This document shows, piece after piece, positions 1 to 10,388 of a stretch of DNA of 64,000 bases. Source of the DNA: Longimicrobiales bacterium. GTDB taxonomy: Bacteria; Gemmatimonadota; Gemmatimonadetes; Longimicrobiales; RSA9. Numbering within the stretch: position 1 is the stretch's first letter; every line of letters starts with the position of its first letter. The stretch is taken from positions 421-64,420 of the forward strand of contig DASTKT010000096.1 in assembly GCA_035715725.1 (NCBI GenBank), in the 5' to 3' direction. Both the position numbers and the translations under genes were made by a program. Under the pieces are notes generated by a model, which worked only from the letters and a program-made list of their open reading frames with translations, was not told the origin of the DNA and ran no database searches.

Positions 1-1169
1 TCGTAGGTGAACAGGCCGTGCTTCCGGACGAAGTCCGCGGTGAGGAACTCGTCCAGGAACGTGAGGTCGTTGTAGTGGCGCCGCACCTCGAAGATCTTGG
101 CCCGGCCCTTCATCTCGCCGCTGTCCCAGTTGTTCCGCGCGGCGTACGAGTCGCACGCGTCCCAGGCCGGGCCGTAGCGGCCCTTGTTCCAGCGCTCCTC
201 GATGTCGCGCCAAAGCTCGAGCCCCAGCTTGTAGGGGTTCAGGCTGCCGGAGTACGGCGCCATCGTGCCGGAGTGGTGGTCCGCGTAGTCGATGACCTCG
301 GAGGGGGCCAGCGCCCGCGTCGTCATGATCGTCGAGTGCCAGTACGATGCCCACCCCTCGTTCATGATCTTCGTCCGCCCCTGCGGCGCGAAGTAGTACG
401 CTTCCTCCCGGACGACGCCGAGCACGTCCCGCTCCCAGTTCCGCAGCGGCGCGTGCTGCAGCAGGAACAGCATGACATCCTTCTCGGGGCGGGAAGGGAA
501 GTGCTCGTCCTGTCGCTGCCTCTCGTCCAGCCGCTCCTGCTCCGCGTCGAGCGCCGCCCGCGGGTTGATGTACTCGTCCATGTAGGCTTTGGCCCGGAGC
601 TTCTTCGGCCCGGGCCGCGGCCCCTCCTCCCCCTCGGCCTGCCGGTGGTCGTGCCGCTTGATGTGCGGCGCGTTGTAGTCGATCAGGTTGTCGATCGAGA
701 GGCAGCGGTCCAGCAGCCGCTCCACGTCCTCCTCCCCGTGCAGCTCCATGTACCGGCGGACGCGCGAGGCGTGGTTCGCCATCTCGTCGATCATCTTCCG
801 GTTCGTGTGCGCGAACGAGAAGTTGTTCTTGAAGAAGTCGCCGTGCCCGCACACGTGCGCCATGACCAGCTTCTGGTCCACCACGTGGTTCGCCGCCAGC
901 AGGTACGCGTACGTCGGGTCGTTGTTGATGACCATCTCGTAGATCTTCGACAACCCGTACGCGTAGGAGCGCGACAGCTCCGTGTACTGCATCCCGTGGC
1001 GCCAGTGCGGGTAGCGAACCGGGTAGCCGCCGTACGCGGCCACCTCGTTGATCTCCTCCCAGTCCAGCACCTCGTAGACGATCTCGAAGAAATCCAGCCC
1101 GTACTGCCGCGCCCATTCCTCGATCTGCACCTGCAGACCGCGCAGCTCGGGTGACAGCTCGTGCGGCAT
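1..1169 (-). CDS. spoVR: SpoVR family protein (partial; C-terminus lies beyond the window edge)
   Basis: Not in the ORF track because it is open at the window edge. My translation of the minus strand from ATG (cat at 1167-1169) reads MPHELSPELRGLQVQIEEWARQYGLDFFEIVYEVLDWEEINEVAAYGGYPVRYPHWRHGMQY...MAHVCGHGDFFKNN, which is typical SpoVR/YcgB. GGAGG lies 9 nt upstream. It follows yeaH and prkA as in the conserved module. Confidence 0.85.
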   Translation of the reverse strand, partial: MPHELSPELRGLQVQIEEWARQYGLDFFEIVYEVLDWEEINEVAAYGGYPVRYPHWRHGMQYTELSRSYAYGLSKIYEMVINNDPTYAYLLAANHVVDQKLVMAHVCGHGDFFKNNFSFAHTNRKMIDEMANHASRVRRYMELHGEEDVERLLDRCLSIDNLIDYNAPHIKRHDHRQAEGEEGPRPGPKKLRAKAYMDEYINPRAALDAEQERLDERQRQDEHFPSRPEKDVMLFLLQHAPLRNWERDVLGVVREEAYYFAPQGRTKIMNEGWASYWHSTIMTTRALAPSEVIDYADHHSGTMAPYSGSLNPYKLGLELWRDIEERWNKGRYGPAWDACDSYAARNNWDSGEMKGRAKIFEVRRHYNDLTFLDEFLTADFVRKHGLFTY

Positions 1170-1189
1170 ACGCTGGCGCCTCCGGCGCC

Positions 1190-1263
1190 GCGAGGTCGGC
1201 GAGATCAGCGAGGACGGCGAGGTCGGCTGTCCTCGCGGTCCTCGCGGTCCTCGCTGTCCTCGC
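1190..1263. repeat. Inverted tandem repeat: four GCGAGGNC units (9-nt period) followed by four GTCCTCGC units (9-nt period), forming a ~74-nt imperfect hairpin
   Basis: Read directly: gcgaggtc g gcgagatc a gcgaggac g gcgaggtc ggct gtcctcgc g gtcctcgc g gtcctcgc t gtcctcgc. By hand pairing, about 28 of 36 positions pair. It lies in the 100-nt yeaH-spoVR spacer. Confidence 0.8.
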
Positions 1264-1269
1264 CGTGGT

Positions 1270-2376
1270 TTACTTGCCCTTGCCCAGGAACAGCTTGATC
1301 GACGCCAGGATCGCCTCGCGGTCCTCGATGCGCGACAGCACCAGGTTCTCCGACTCGACGTGCGTCTCCAGCGCGTGCAGGAACTGGCCGCTGCCGTACC
1401 GGCTCTCCACCTGCCCGTAGCCGAACAGGTTCGCCGCCGGCAGCAGCCGGTCGCGCAGCAGGCGGAAGCACTTCTCGTCGTCGCCGCCCCCCCAGTTGTC
1501 GCCATCGGAGAAGTGGAAGAAGTAGATGTTCCACTCCTCGCTCGGGTAGTCGTGCTCCACGATCTCCGACGCCAGCGTGTAAGCGCTCGAGATCCGCGTC
1601 CCGCCCGACTCCCGCGTCGTGTAGAACGTCTCGCGGTCCACCTCGTGGGCCGCCGCGTCGTGCACGATGTAGCGCGTCTCGAGTCCCGTGTAGTGCGCCC
1701 GGATCCACGTGTCGATCCAGAACGACTCGATCCGCACGATCTCCTTCTGCTCGTTCCCCATCGAGCCCGAGACGTCCATCATGTAGACGATCACCGCGTT
1801 CGCGATCGGCTCCGGCTCGACCTTCCACGACCGGTAGCGGACGTCCTCCCGCACCGGTACGACCCGCGGCTTGCGCGGGTCGTACACGCCGCTCGCCAGC
1901 TGCCGCTTCAGCGCCTCCTTGTACGTCCGCTTGAACGAGCGGAGGCTCTCCGGCCCGGCGCGCTTGATCCCGGTGTACCGGCTCTTCGGCACCGTCAGCG
2001 ATTCCGCGCCTTTCGGCTCGATCCGCGGAAGCTCCAGCTCCTCGCCCATGATCTCGGCGAGCTCCTGGATCGTCATCTCGACTTCCCGGATGTGCTGCCC
2101 CGGCGAGTCACCCGCCTCGCCCTCGCCCGGCTGCGGCTGCCCCGCCGAGCCAATCGGCTGGCCGATGTCCCCCGGACCCTGGCCGACGCCACCCGTCTCC
2201 TTCCGGCCATACCGGAAGTGGGGGATCTCGATCTGCGGCAGGGGAATCGACACGAGCTCGTTCCCCCGCTTGCCGATCAGCTCCCCGCGGGTGATGTGGC
2301 GCTTCAGGTCCTGCTTGACCTTGCCGCGGATGATCTCTTCGAAGCGGCGCCGGTCTCGTTCGATCCGCTTGACCAT
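1270..2376 (-). CDS. yeaH: YeaH/YhbH family protein (DUF444, vWA-like)
   Basis: 368-aa ORF. N-terminus [57 protein letters not shown] is characteristic of UPF0229/YeaH. Located between prkA and spoVR. Confidence 0.85.
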   Translation of the reverse strand: MVKRIERDRRRFEEIIRGKVKQDLKRHITRGELIGKRGNELVSIPLPQIEIPHFRYGRKETGGVGQGPGDIGQPIGSAGQPQPGEGEAGDSPGQHIREVEMTIQELAEIMGEELELPRIEPKGAESLTVPKSRYTGIKRAGPESLRSFKRTYKEALKRQLASGVYDPRKPRVVPVREDVRYRSWKVEPEPIANAVIVYMMDVSGSMGNEQKEIVRIESFWIDTWIRAHYTGLETRYIVHDAAAHEVDRETFYTTRESGGTRISSAYTLASEIVEHDYPSEEWNIYFFHFSDGDNWGGGDDEKCFRLLRDRLLPAANLFGYGQVESRYGSGQFLHALETHVESENLVLSRIEDREAILASIKLFLGKGK

Positions 2377-2421
2377 GACTTCCTCGAGGACAGCTCTGCC
2401 CCGCGAAACTCTCCCCCCCGA

Positions 2422-2483
2422 ACCTCCGAGCCTGCTAGCCTCCCAGACTGCTGGCCTCCCTGCTTTCCAGCCTCCGAGCCTCC
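2422..2483 (-). repeat. Periodic SD-like GGAGGC array (copies at 2422, 2438, 2454, 2470 with a 16-nt period, plus 2478) in the spacer upstream of yeaH
   Basis: The plus strand shows (a/g)cctcc at 2422-2427, 2438-2443, 2454-2459, 2470-2475 and 2478-2483. On the mRNA (minus) strand these read GGAGG(C/T). Confidence 0.7.
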
Positions 2484-2497
2484 CCGCCCCCCCGCCC

Positions 2498-2910
2498 CTA
2501 CCTCCCCCCCGCCGGCACCGACGCCCGCACCGGCGTCGGCCGCGGGAAGAACGGCTGCAACAGTTGCGCGAGCGCCAGCAGCGCCACCAGCAGGAGCAAC
2601 CCGAGCCGCAGTGCGGGACTGAGCCGCGCCGAGACGCGCACCGGAACCGGGCTCTGCACCGGTGCCGTCCGCCTCATCCCGCCCGACTCCTGTAGCAGCG
2701 ACCGCATGTCGGCGCCGCAGCGGCCGCACAGCCGCTCCGCCCCCAGGTTCACTCCCCAGCAGTGCGGGCAGACCGCGAGTGACCCGCCCGCCGGCGCGTG
2801 CGCCGGCGGGCGGAGCGCCCCCAACCACCGGCCCGCCACGTCGGCCCCGTTCGGCTCCGCGCCGCCGCGCTCCGCCGGCCGCGACCGGTCCCGCCACGGC
2901 ATGAGTGCCA

Positions 2911-2911
<1 letters not shown>
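2498..2911 (-). CDS. Hypothetical zinc-ribbon protein with C-terminal transmembrane helix
   Basis: C-terminal 137 codons of track ORF 2498..4363. Its ATG (2909-2911) overlaps the prkA TAA stop (2911-2913) as TAATG. Contains [19 protein letters not shown] (CxxC-N11-CxxC) and the hydrophobic stretch [18 protein letters not shown]. Confidence 0.5.
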
Positions 2912-5010
<2,099 letters not shown>

Positions 5011-5204
5011 CGCGTCTCAACTCCTTCGAAGGCGACGGACTGGCTCGGAGGTGTGTAAAGTCTTACTGGAGGCGCGTCTGGCGAGTTCCGCCGAGTCCGC
5101 GCCGATCTGTCGTCGCTTGTCGCGATCCGGCCTTGGCTCCCGGCGCTTTCATCCCACCGCCGGAGGCTCGAGCCCGCACCGGTGATGTCGGGCCGTCGCG
5201 GCCC

Positions 5205-5936
5205 TCAGTTGACCCGCAGCCGGAAGTCGTCCGCGACTTGCCGCAGCAGCCGGTCGAGGGGATCGCCGGCGGCGGGGAAGAGGTGGCGGTCCGAAACGCG
5301 GTTCAGCGCGCTCCGCAACCGCGGAAAGTTCTCGGCACAGGCCCGGTAGACCCGGTCGAGCCCGTGCTTCTCCGCATCCGCGCAGTCGGCCGCCAGGCGG
5401 TACCCGGTCGTGCCGACCTCCTCGTAGTACGCCAGCCCCGGCGCTCCGCGACGCTGGCGACGACCCTCGATCCAGTCCGGGAAGAGCCCACTCAGCCAGA
5501 GCGAGAAATCGCCCAGGTGCGCCCGCATCAGGAGCGCCCGCCGCCCCTGTGCCGTCCGCAGCGCCGGGAGCTGGTCCACCAGGTAGCGGAACTCCTGGGC
5601 GTCGCCCTCCTCTACCTGATACGCGCGGTTGCGCCGCCCGAACTCGACCAGCAGCGCCGCGAGGTAGTCGGCCACCGTCCGGTCCCCGAAGCCCACTTCC
5701 AGGAGCGCGTGCCGGACCAACAGGTAGAAGACGAGCCGCGCCGGGACGGCGCTCACGCCGCGGACGGTGAGGACGGCGTTCAGCGTGCGCGGATCATCGA
5801 GGATCGCGTCGAAACCTTCCTCGCGCAGCCGGTCTTCCTCGCGGCCCCGCGCCTCGCTGTCCCCCCGCGTGAGGAGACCGAGCACGAGACCCGCTTCGAC
5901 ACGGCCGAACGAGGTGCGCACGTTCGGAAAGATCAT
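5205..5936 (-). CDS. Hypothetical protein (helical; no family recognised)
   Basis: 243-aa ORF with high GC3. AAGGAGG lies 5 nt upstream of the ATG at 5936. Same orientation as the prkA operon and directly upstream of it. Confidence 0.6.
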   Translation of the reverse strand: MIFPNVRTSFGRVEAGLVLGLLTRGDSEARGREEDRLREEGFDAILDDPRTLNAVLTVRGVSAVPARLVFYLLVRHALLEVGFGDRTVADYLAALLVEFGRRNRAYQVEEGDAQEFRYLVDQLPALRTAQGRRALLMRAHLGDFSLWLSGLFPDWIEGRRQRRGAPGLAYYEEVGTTGYRLAADCADAEKHGLDRVYRACAENFPRLRSALNRVSDRHLFPAAGDPLDRLLRQVADDFRLRVN

Positions 5937-6235
5937 CGGACCTCCTTGGCTACCGCGTCATAACCGCCGGGAGGCTCCTCGCTTGCTCCGGTGCGAGGCC
6001 CGGTCTAACTTTGCCGAAAGAACCCGAAGATGACGCCACGCCCTTGCATTCGTCGTGCCCAGAGCCAGCGAGCGGGAGACATGCGGGATCGACGGCCCAA
6101 CGTGGGCGGGCCGCCTCGAACGGGGCCCTCGGGGTGCGGCTGGAGCGATTTGGAAAAAAGCGGGGCGAGGGGCGCGGAGCCCGGAAAGGCGTGCCGTATC
6201 GACCCTTCGACGGGTGACAACGGATTGGTCCGCGT

Positions 6236-7513
6236 ATGACCGAAGCTAAACCCGGCGCGAGTCCAGTGTCAAGAGAGCGCCGCCGGTCCCGCAGCCTCGA
6301 ACGAAGGCTCTTCGCCTGGCTCCTCGGCGTCGCGCTGGTACCCACGCTGCTCCTCCTTGCTGCCGGCACCTGGCTGGGTGCCGGCTCCATCGGATGGATC
6401 ACCGGCGTCGGTCCCTGGGACCGGGTCGCGCGGTCCGGGCGCGCGCTCGTCGACGCCGCCGCGCGCGACAGCGCCGCCGATCCGGCGCTCGCGGTCGCGG
6501 CCCGGCGCCATCGCGATCAGCTCGCGGAATCGCTCGTCCTTGCCCGCCGGTGGTCCTTCGTCGGCCAGCGACTCTCGCGCCTGCTGCCGCTCGCCGCGCT
6601 CGGCCTGGCCGCGCTCCTCGCGGGTCTCGCGCTCGCCGTCAGCCGCCGGCTCGCCCGCGACCTGGCCCGGCCGATCGCAGAGCTCGTCGAGTGGACGGAG
6701 CGGATCGGACGGGAGGAGCCGCTCCCGCCGCCGAGCCCGGCGGAGGAGCGGGAGGTGCGCGAGGTTCGCCGGCTGCGCGCCGCGGCTCGCCGCGCCGCTG
6801 TCGAGCTGGGCGAGGCGCGCCGTCGCGCTCTCGAGGCGGAGCGCGTCCGCGTCTGGGGCGAGATGGCGCGGCGCGTCGCGCACGAGATGAAGAACCCGCT
6901 CACGCCGCTGCGGCTCGCGGCGTACCGCCTCGAGGCCGAGGGAGCCGCTGCCACCGGCGAGCCGCTCGCGGTCATCCATGAGGAGACGGCGCGGCTCGAG
7001 GAGCTCGCCCGCGAGTTCGCGGCGCTCGGTCGGCCACCGGAGGGACCCACGAGCCCGGTGGACCTGCCGGAGTTGCTCGGCTCGCTGCTGGCCACGGACG
7101 TGCCGCCGGCGATCGAGGCGCGGCTGGACGTCGCGGGCGAGGTTCCGTTGGTCGAGGCGCACTACGAGGCGCTGGTTCGTGCGTTCCGCAACCTCATTCG
7201 GAACGCGGCGGACGCCGTGGAAGTGACGGGGCCCCCCGGCCGGATCACGGTGGACGTGTCCGCGGGCGCGGACGGAATCCGCGTCCGGATCGAGGACACC
7301 GGTCCGGGCCTTCCGGCCGGCGGGGGGGAGAGCATCTTCGAGCCCGAGTTCACGACCAAGGTGCGTGGCACGGGCCTCGGGCTCGCGATCGTGCGGCAGG
7401 CGGTGGTCGCACACGGAGGCGAGGTCCGGGCCTGGACCCGCGCGGAGGGCGGCGCGGCGTTCGAGGTCTGCCTGCCGCCCGGCGTCATGGTGGCGGCCGG
7501 GGCGCGCGCGTGA
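6236..7513 (+). CDS. Sensor histidine kinase (two TM segments, HAMP, HisKA, HATPase; NtrY/AtoS-like H-box)
   Basis: 425 aa. H-box VAHEMKNPLTPL, N-box FRNLIRNAADA, G-boxes DTGPGLP and GTGLGLAIV. Confidence 0.85.
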   Translation: MTEAKPGASPVSRERRRSRSLERRLFAWLLGVALVPTLLLLAAGTWLGAGSIGWITGVGPWDRVARSGRALVDAAARDSAADPALAVAARRHRDQLAESLVLARRWSFVGQRLSRLLPLAALGLAALLAGLALAVSRRLARDLARPIAELVEWTERIGREEPLPPPSPAEEREVREVRRLRAAARRAAVELGEARRRALEAERVRVWGEMARRVAHEMKNPLTPLRLAAYRLEAEGAAATGEPLAVIHEETARLEELAREFAALGRPPEGPTSPVDLPELLGSLLATDVPPAIEARLDVAGEVPLVEAHYEALVRAFRNLIRNAADAVEVTGPPGRITVDVSAGADGIRVRIEDTGPGLPAGGGESIFEPEFTTKVRGTGLGLAIVRQAVVAHGGEVRAWTRAEGGAAFEVCLPPGVMVAAGARA

Positions 7514-8328
7514 GGCGCCTCGTCGCCGGCGTCCTCGTCCTCGCCGGTTGCGCGACGGCACCGCGCACTGCGGCGACGCTCGCGCCGATCCGGGTGCTGT
7601 CGTACAACATCCACGCGGGCAAGGACGCGGAGCGGCGGCCGGCGCTGGAGCGGGTCGCCGCGCTGATCGATTCGGCGGGAGCGGATGTCGTCCTGCTTCA
7701 GGAGGTCGACCGCGGCACGCGGCGCTCGGGCGGCGTCGACCAGGTCGCGGAGCTGGAGCGGCTCACCCGCCGGCACGCGGCCTTCGCCGCGTCGCTCGAC
7801 TCCTACGACGGCGGCCAGTACGGCATCGCCATCCTGTCCCGCTTCCCCATCGCCGACGCGGAGAAGGTGCCGCTCTCGGTGGAGCCGCCCCAGCCGCGGT
7901 CCGGCGACTCGCACGAGCCCCGCGTCGCGCTGCACGTGACGCTCGCGCCCCCGGGCGGTCCGCTCCACGTCGTGACCACGCACCTCGATGCGTCCGGCGC
8001 GGGAACTTACCGCCGCCAGGAGCTGGTACAGGTTCTCGCGCACCTGCGCCGGCACGTGCCGCCCGGCGCGCCGCTCGTGTTCGGCGGAGATCTGAACGCC
8101 GACGCCTCCGGCGACGAGGCCGCCGCCATCTCGCTCGCGTTGCACGATTCCTGGGCCGAGTGCGGTCGCGGCGAGGGCGGCACCTACCCTGCATCCGTGC
8201 CGACGAAGCGGATCGATTACATCTTCTTCCGCGGCGGCCGGTGCATCGACGCGCGCGTGCCCGCGAGCCAGGCGTCGGACCACCGGCCGCTCGCCGTGAC
8301 CCTCGAATTCGGGAGATTGAGCCAATGA
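7510..8328 (+). CDS. Endonuclease/exonuclease/phosphatase (EEP) family protein, secreted or lipoprotein
   Basis: 272 aa. GTGA overlap with the kinase stop. Signal peptide ending LAGC. Motifs VLSYNIHAG, DVVLLQEVD, HLD, GGDLNA and SDHRP are typical of the EEP fold. Confidence 0.8.
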   Translation: MRRLVAGVLVLAGCATAPRTAATLAPIRVLSYNIHAGKDAERRPALERVAALIDSAGADVVLLQEVDRGTRRSGGVDQVAELERLTRRHAAFAASLDSYDGGQYGIAILSRFPIADAEKVPLSVEPPQPRSGDSHEPRVALHVTLAPPGGPLHVVTTHLDASGAGTYRRQELVQVLAHLRRHVPPGAPLVFGGDLNADASGDEAAAISLALHDSWAECGRGEGGTYPASVPTKRIDYIFFRGGRCIDARVPASQASDHRPLAVTLEFGRLSQ

Positions 8329-9035
8329 TGCGGAGACTCGCCGGGGCGGCGCTCGTGGCGGTTGTGGTGGCGGGATGCGCGGTCCGCGTCGGCGGGTCGA
8401 AGCCGCTCAACTATCACGTCCTCGCCGTGGACGCGCCGTCCGGCGCCTCCGCCGCGCAGGTGGCGGAGGCGATCCAGCACGCGAACGCGCAGCTCGTGCT
8501 CGTGTCGGCGCGCGCCGACAGCACCTGGTTCGCCGACGTGGCGCGGCGCTCGAACCTGACGCTCAGCGGGCCGGGCAGCTCCGGCGCGGTCCGCCTCGGC
8601 TTCCTCGCCGGCAAGCCCGTCGGCGACACCACCCTGGCCCGCAAGCTCCCCGGCGGCGCCATCACGATCCAGGACGCGCTCTACCAGCCCGAGAAGGAGC
8701 GCTACGTCGACCTGATGCTCGTCCGGGCCGATTCCGGCTCCGCCCGCGACATCGCCCACGCGCTGCTGACCTACGTCGCCTCGGACGTCATGCAGAACGC
8801 GTCGCTCGTGCTGGGCCTCGCCGGGCCGAATCCTGTCGTCCTCGACTCCGTCTCGTCGATCGTGCGTCCCGCGTTCTCCGATGTGCGGGATTGCCGGCAG
8901 GGCGCCACCGACATCGGGCCGAGCCCGCTGCGCGTGCTCTACGGCCCCGTCTCGCAGGTGCAGTGCGACGCCGTGCGCCGCCTGGAGGGTCCGGGCACGC
9001 CGCTCTACGCCCAGATCGTCGTCGGTCGACCTTAG
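8325..9035 (+). CDS. Hypothetical lipoprotein
   Basis: Last 236 codons of track ORF 7365..9035. ATGA overlap with the EEP stop. N-terminus MMRRLAGAALVAVVVAGC is a lipobox. Confidence 0.6.
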   Translation: MMRRLAGAALVAVVVAGCAVRVGGSKPLNYHVLAVDAPSGASAAQVAEAIQHANAQLVLVSARADSTWFADVARRSNLTLSGPGSSGAVRLGFLAGKPVGDTTLARKLPGGAITIQDALYQPEKERYVDLMLVRADSGSARDIAHALLTYVASDVMQNASLVLGLAGPNPVVLDSVSSIVRPAFSDVRDCRQGATDIGPSPLRVLYGPVSQVQCDAVRRLEGPGTPLYAQIVVGRP

Positions 9036-9047
9036 CCCGGTTACGCC

Positions 9048-10388
9048 ATGCCCCTGGTTCTCGTCGTCGACGATGAGCCCAACCTGCGACGGATGTTGGG
9101 ACGTCTGTTGGAGAGCGAGGGGCATCGGGTGCAGGAGTCGAGCAGTGGGCGCGGCGCGCTCGAGCTGTTGGGCGAGGCGGACCCCGACGTCGTCCTCCTC
9201 GATCTCGCGCTCCCCGGCGAGGACGGCCTCCACATCCTGGAGGAGATCCGAGCCCGCCGCCCCGAGCTGCCCGTCGTGATGATGAGCGGCCGCGCCACCC
9301 TCAGCGACGCCGTGCGCGCCACCAAGCTCGGCGCGTTCCACTTCATCGAGAAGCCGCTCACGCCCGAAGCGGTCCTCCTCACGATCCGCGGCGCGATCGA
9401 GCTGCGGCGAGCGCGCGATCTGAGCCGTGCGCTCGCCGCGGAGCTCGGCCCCGGCGACCGGCTGGTCGGCTCGAGCCCGGCAATGCGGCGCCTGCGCGAC
9501 CTGCTCGCCCAGGTCGGCTCCACCGACGCTCGCGTGCTCCTCACCGGCGAGAGCGGGACCGGCAAGGAGCTGGCGGCCGCCGCGCTGCACAACCTGTCGC
9601 GGCGCGCCGCCGCGCCGTTCGTCCGTGTCAACAGCGCGGCGATCCCGCGGGAGCTCGTCGAGTCGGAGATGTTCGGCCATGAGCGGGGCGCGTTCACCGG
9701 GGCGACGGAGCGCCGGCGCGGCCGCTTCGAGCTGGCGGACGGCGGCACGCTCTTCCTCGACGAGGTCGCCGACCTCGGACCCGAGGCGCAGGCCAAGCTG
9801 CTGCGCACGCTGGAGACCGGAGAGGTCGATCGCGTCGGCGGGCACCACCCGGTGCGCGTCGATGTCCGCGTGCTCGCCGCCACGAACCGCGACCTGCGCG
9901 AGGAGGCCCGCGCGGGCCGCTTCCGCGACGACCTCTTCTACCGGCTGAACGTCGTGCCCATCCATCTCCCGCCGCTGCGCGAGCGGCTCGAGGACATCCC
10001 GGAGCTCGTCGCCCACTTCCTGGCGCGGCTCCAGGCGCGCGGCGGGCCGGTGCCGCCGGACGTGCGCCCCGACGCGCTCGAGCGGCTCGCCGCCTACTCC
10101 TGGCCAGGCAACGTTCGCGAGCTCGGCAATATCTGCGAGCGGCTGGCGATCCTCCACCCCGGCGCGGCGGTCGGCCGGCGCGAGGTCGATCGGCTGCTCG
10201 TCGAGGGCGGCGCGCCCGTGACCGCCGTCCCCGCTTCCCTTGCCGAGTACCTGGACGCCTTCGAGCGCGACCTCATCCTGAAGGCGCTCGATGCCGCCGC
10301 GGGCAGCATCACGGAGGCCGCCCGGCGTCTGCGGACCGACCGACCCAACCTCTACCGCCGCATGAGGCGGCTGGGCATCGAGAGATGA
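9048..10388 (+). CDS. Sigma-54-dependent response regulator (REC, AAA+ and Fis-type HTH domains; NtrC family)
   Basis: 446 aa. Receiver DVVLLDLALPGEDG, Walker A GESGTGKE, the sigma-54 contact loop GAFTGA, and a C-terminal HTH (ITEAARRLRTDRPNLYRRMRRLGI). Confidence 0.9.
   Translation: MPLVLVVDDEPNLRRMLGRLLESEGHRVQESSSGRGALELLGEADPDVVLLDLALPGEDGLHILEEIRARRPELPVVMMSGRATLSDAVRATKLGAFHFIEKPLTPEAVLLTIRGAIELRRARDLSRALAAELGPGDRLVGSSPAMRRLRDLLAQVGSTDARVLLTGESGTGKELAAAALHNLSRRAAAPFVRVNSAAIPRELVESEMFGHERGAFTGATERRRGRFELADGGTLFLDEVADLGPEAQAKLLRTLETGEVDRVGGHHPVRVDVRVLAATNRDLREEARAGRFRDDLFYRLNVVPIHLPPLRERLEDIPELVAHFLARLQARGGPVPPDVRPDALERLAAYSWPGNVRELGNICERLAILHPGAAVGRREVDRLLVEGGAPVTAVPASLAEYLDAFERDLILKALDAAAGSITEAARRLRTDRPNLYRRMRRLGIER

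Noticed and set aside
18-1154. 378-aa plus-strand ORF covering the first 1.1 kb
   Set aside because: Arg/Val/Leu/Pro-rich shadow composition typical of an antisense frame in high-GC DNA. The opposite strand encodes an unmistakable SpoVR sequence.
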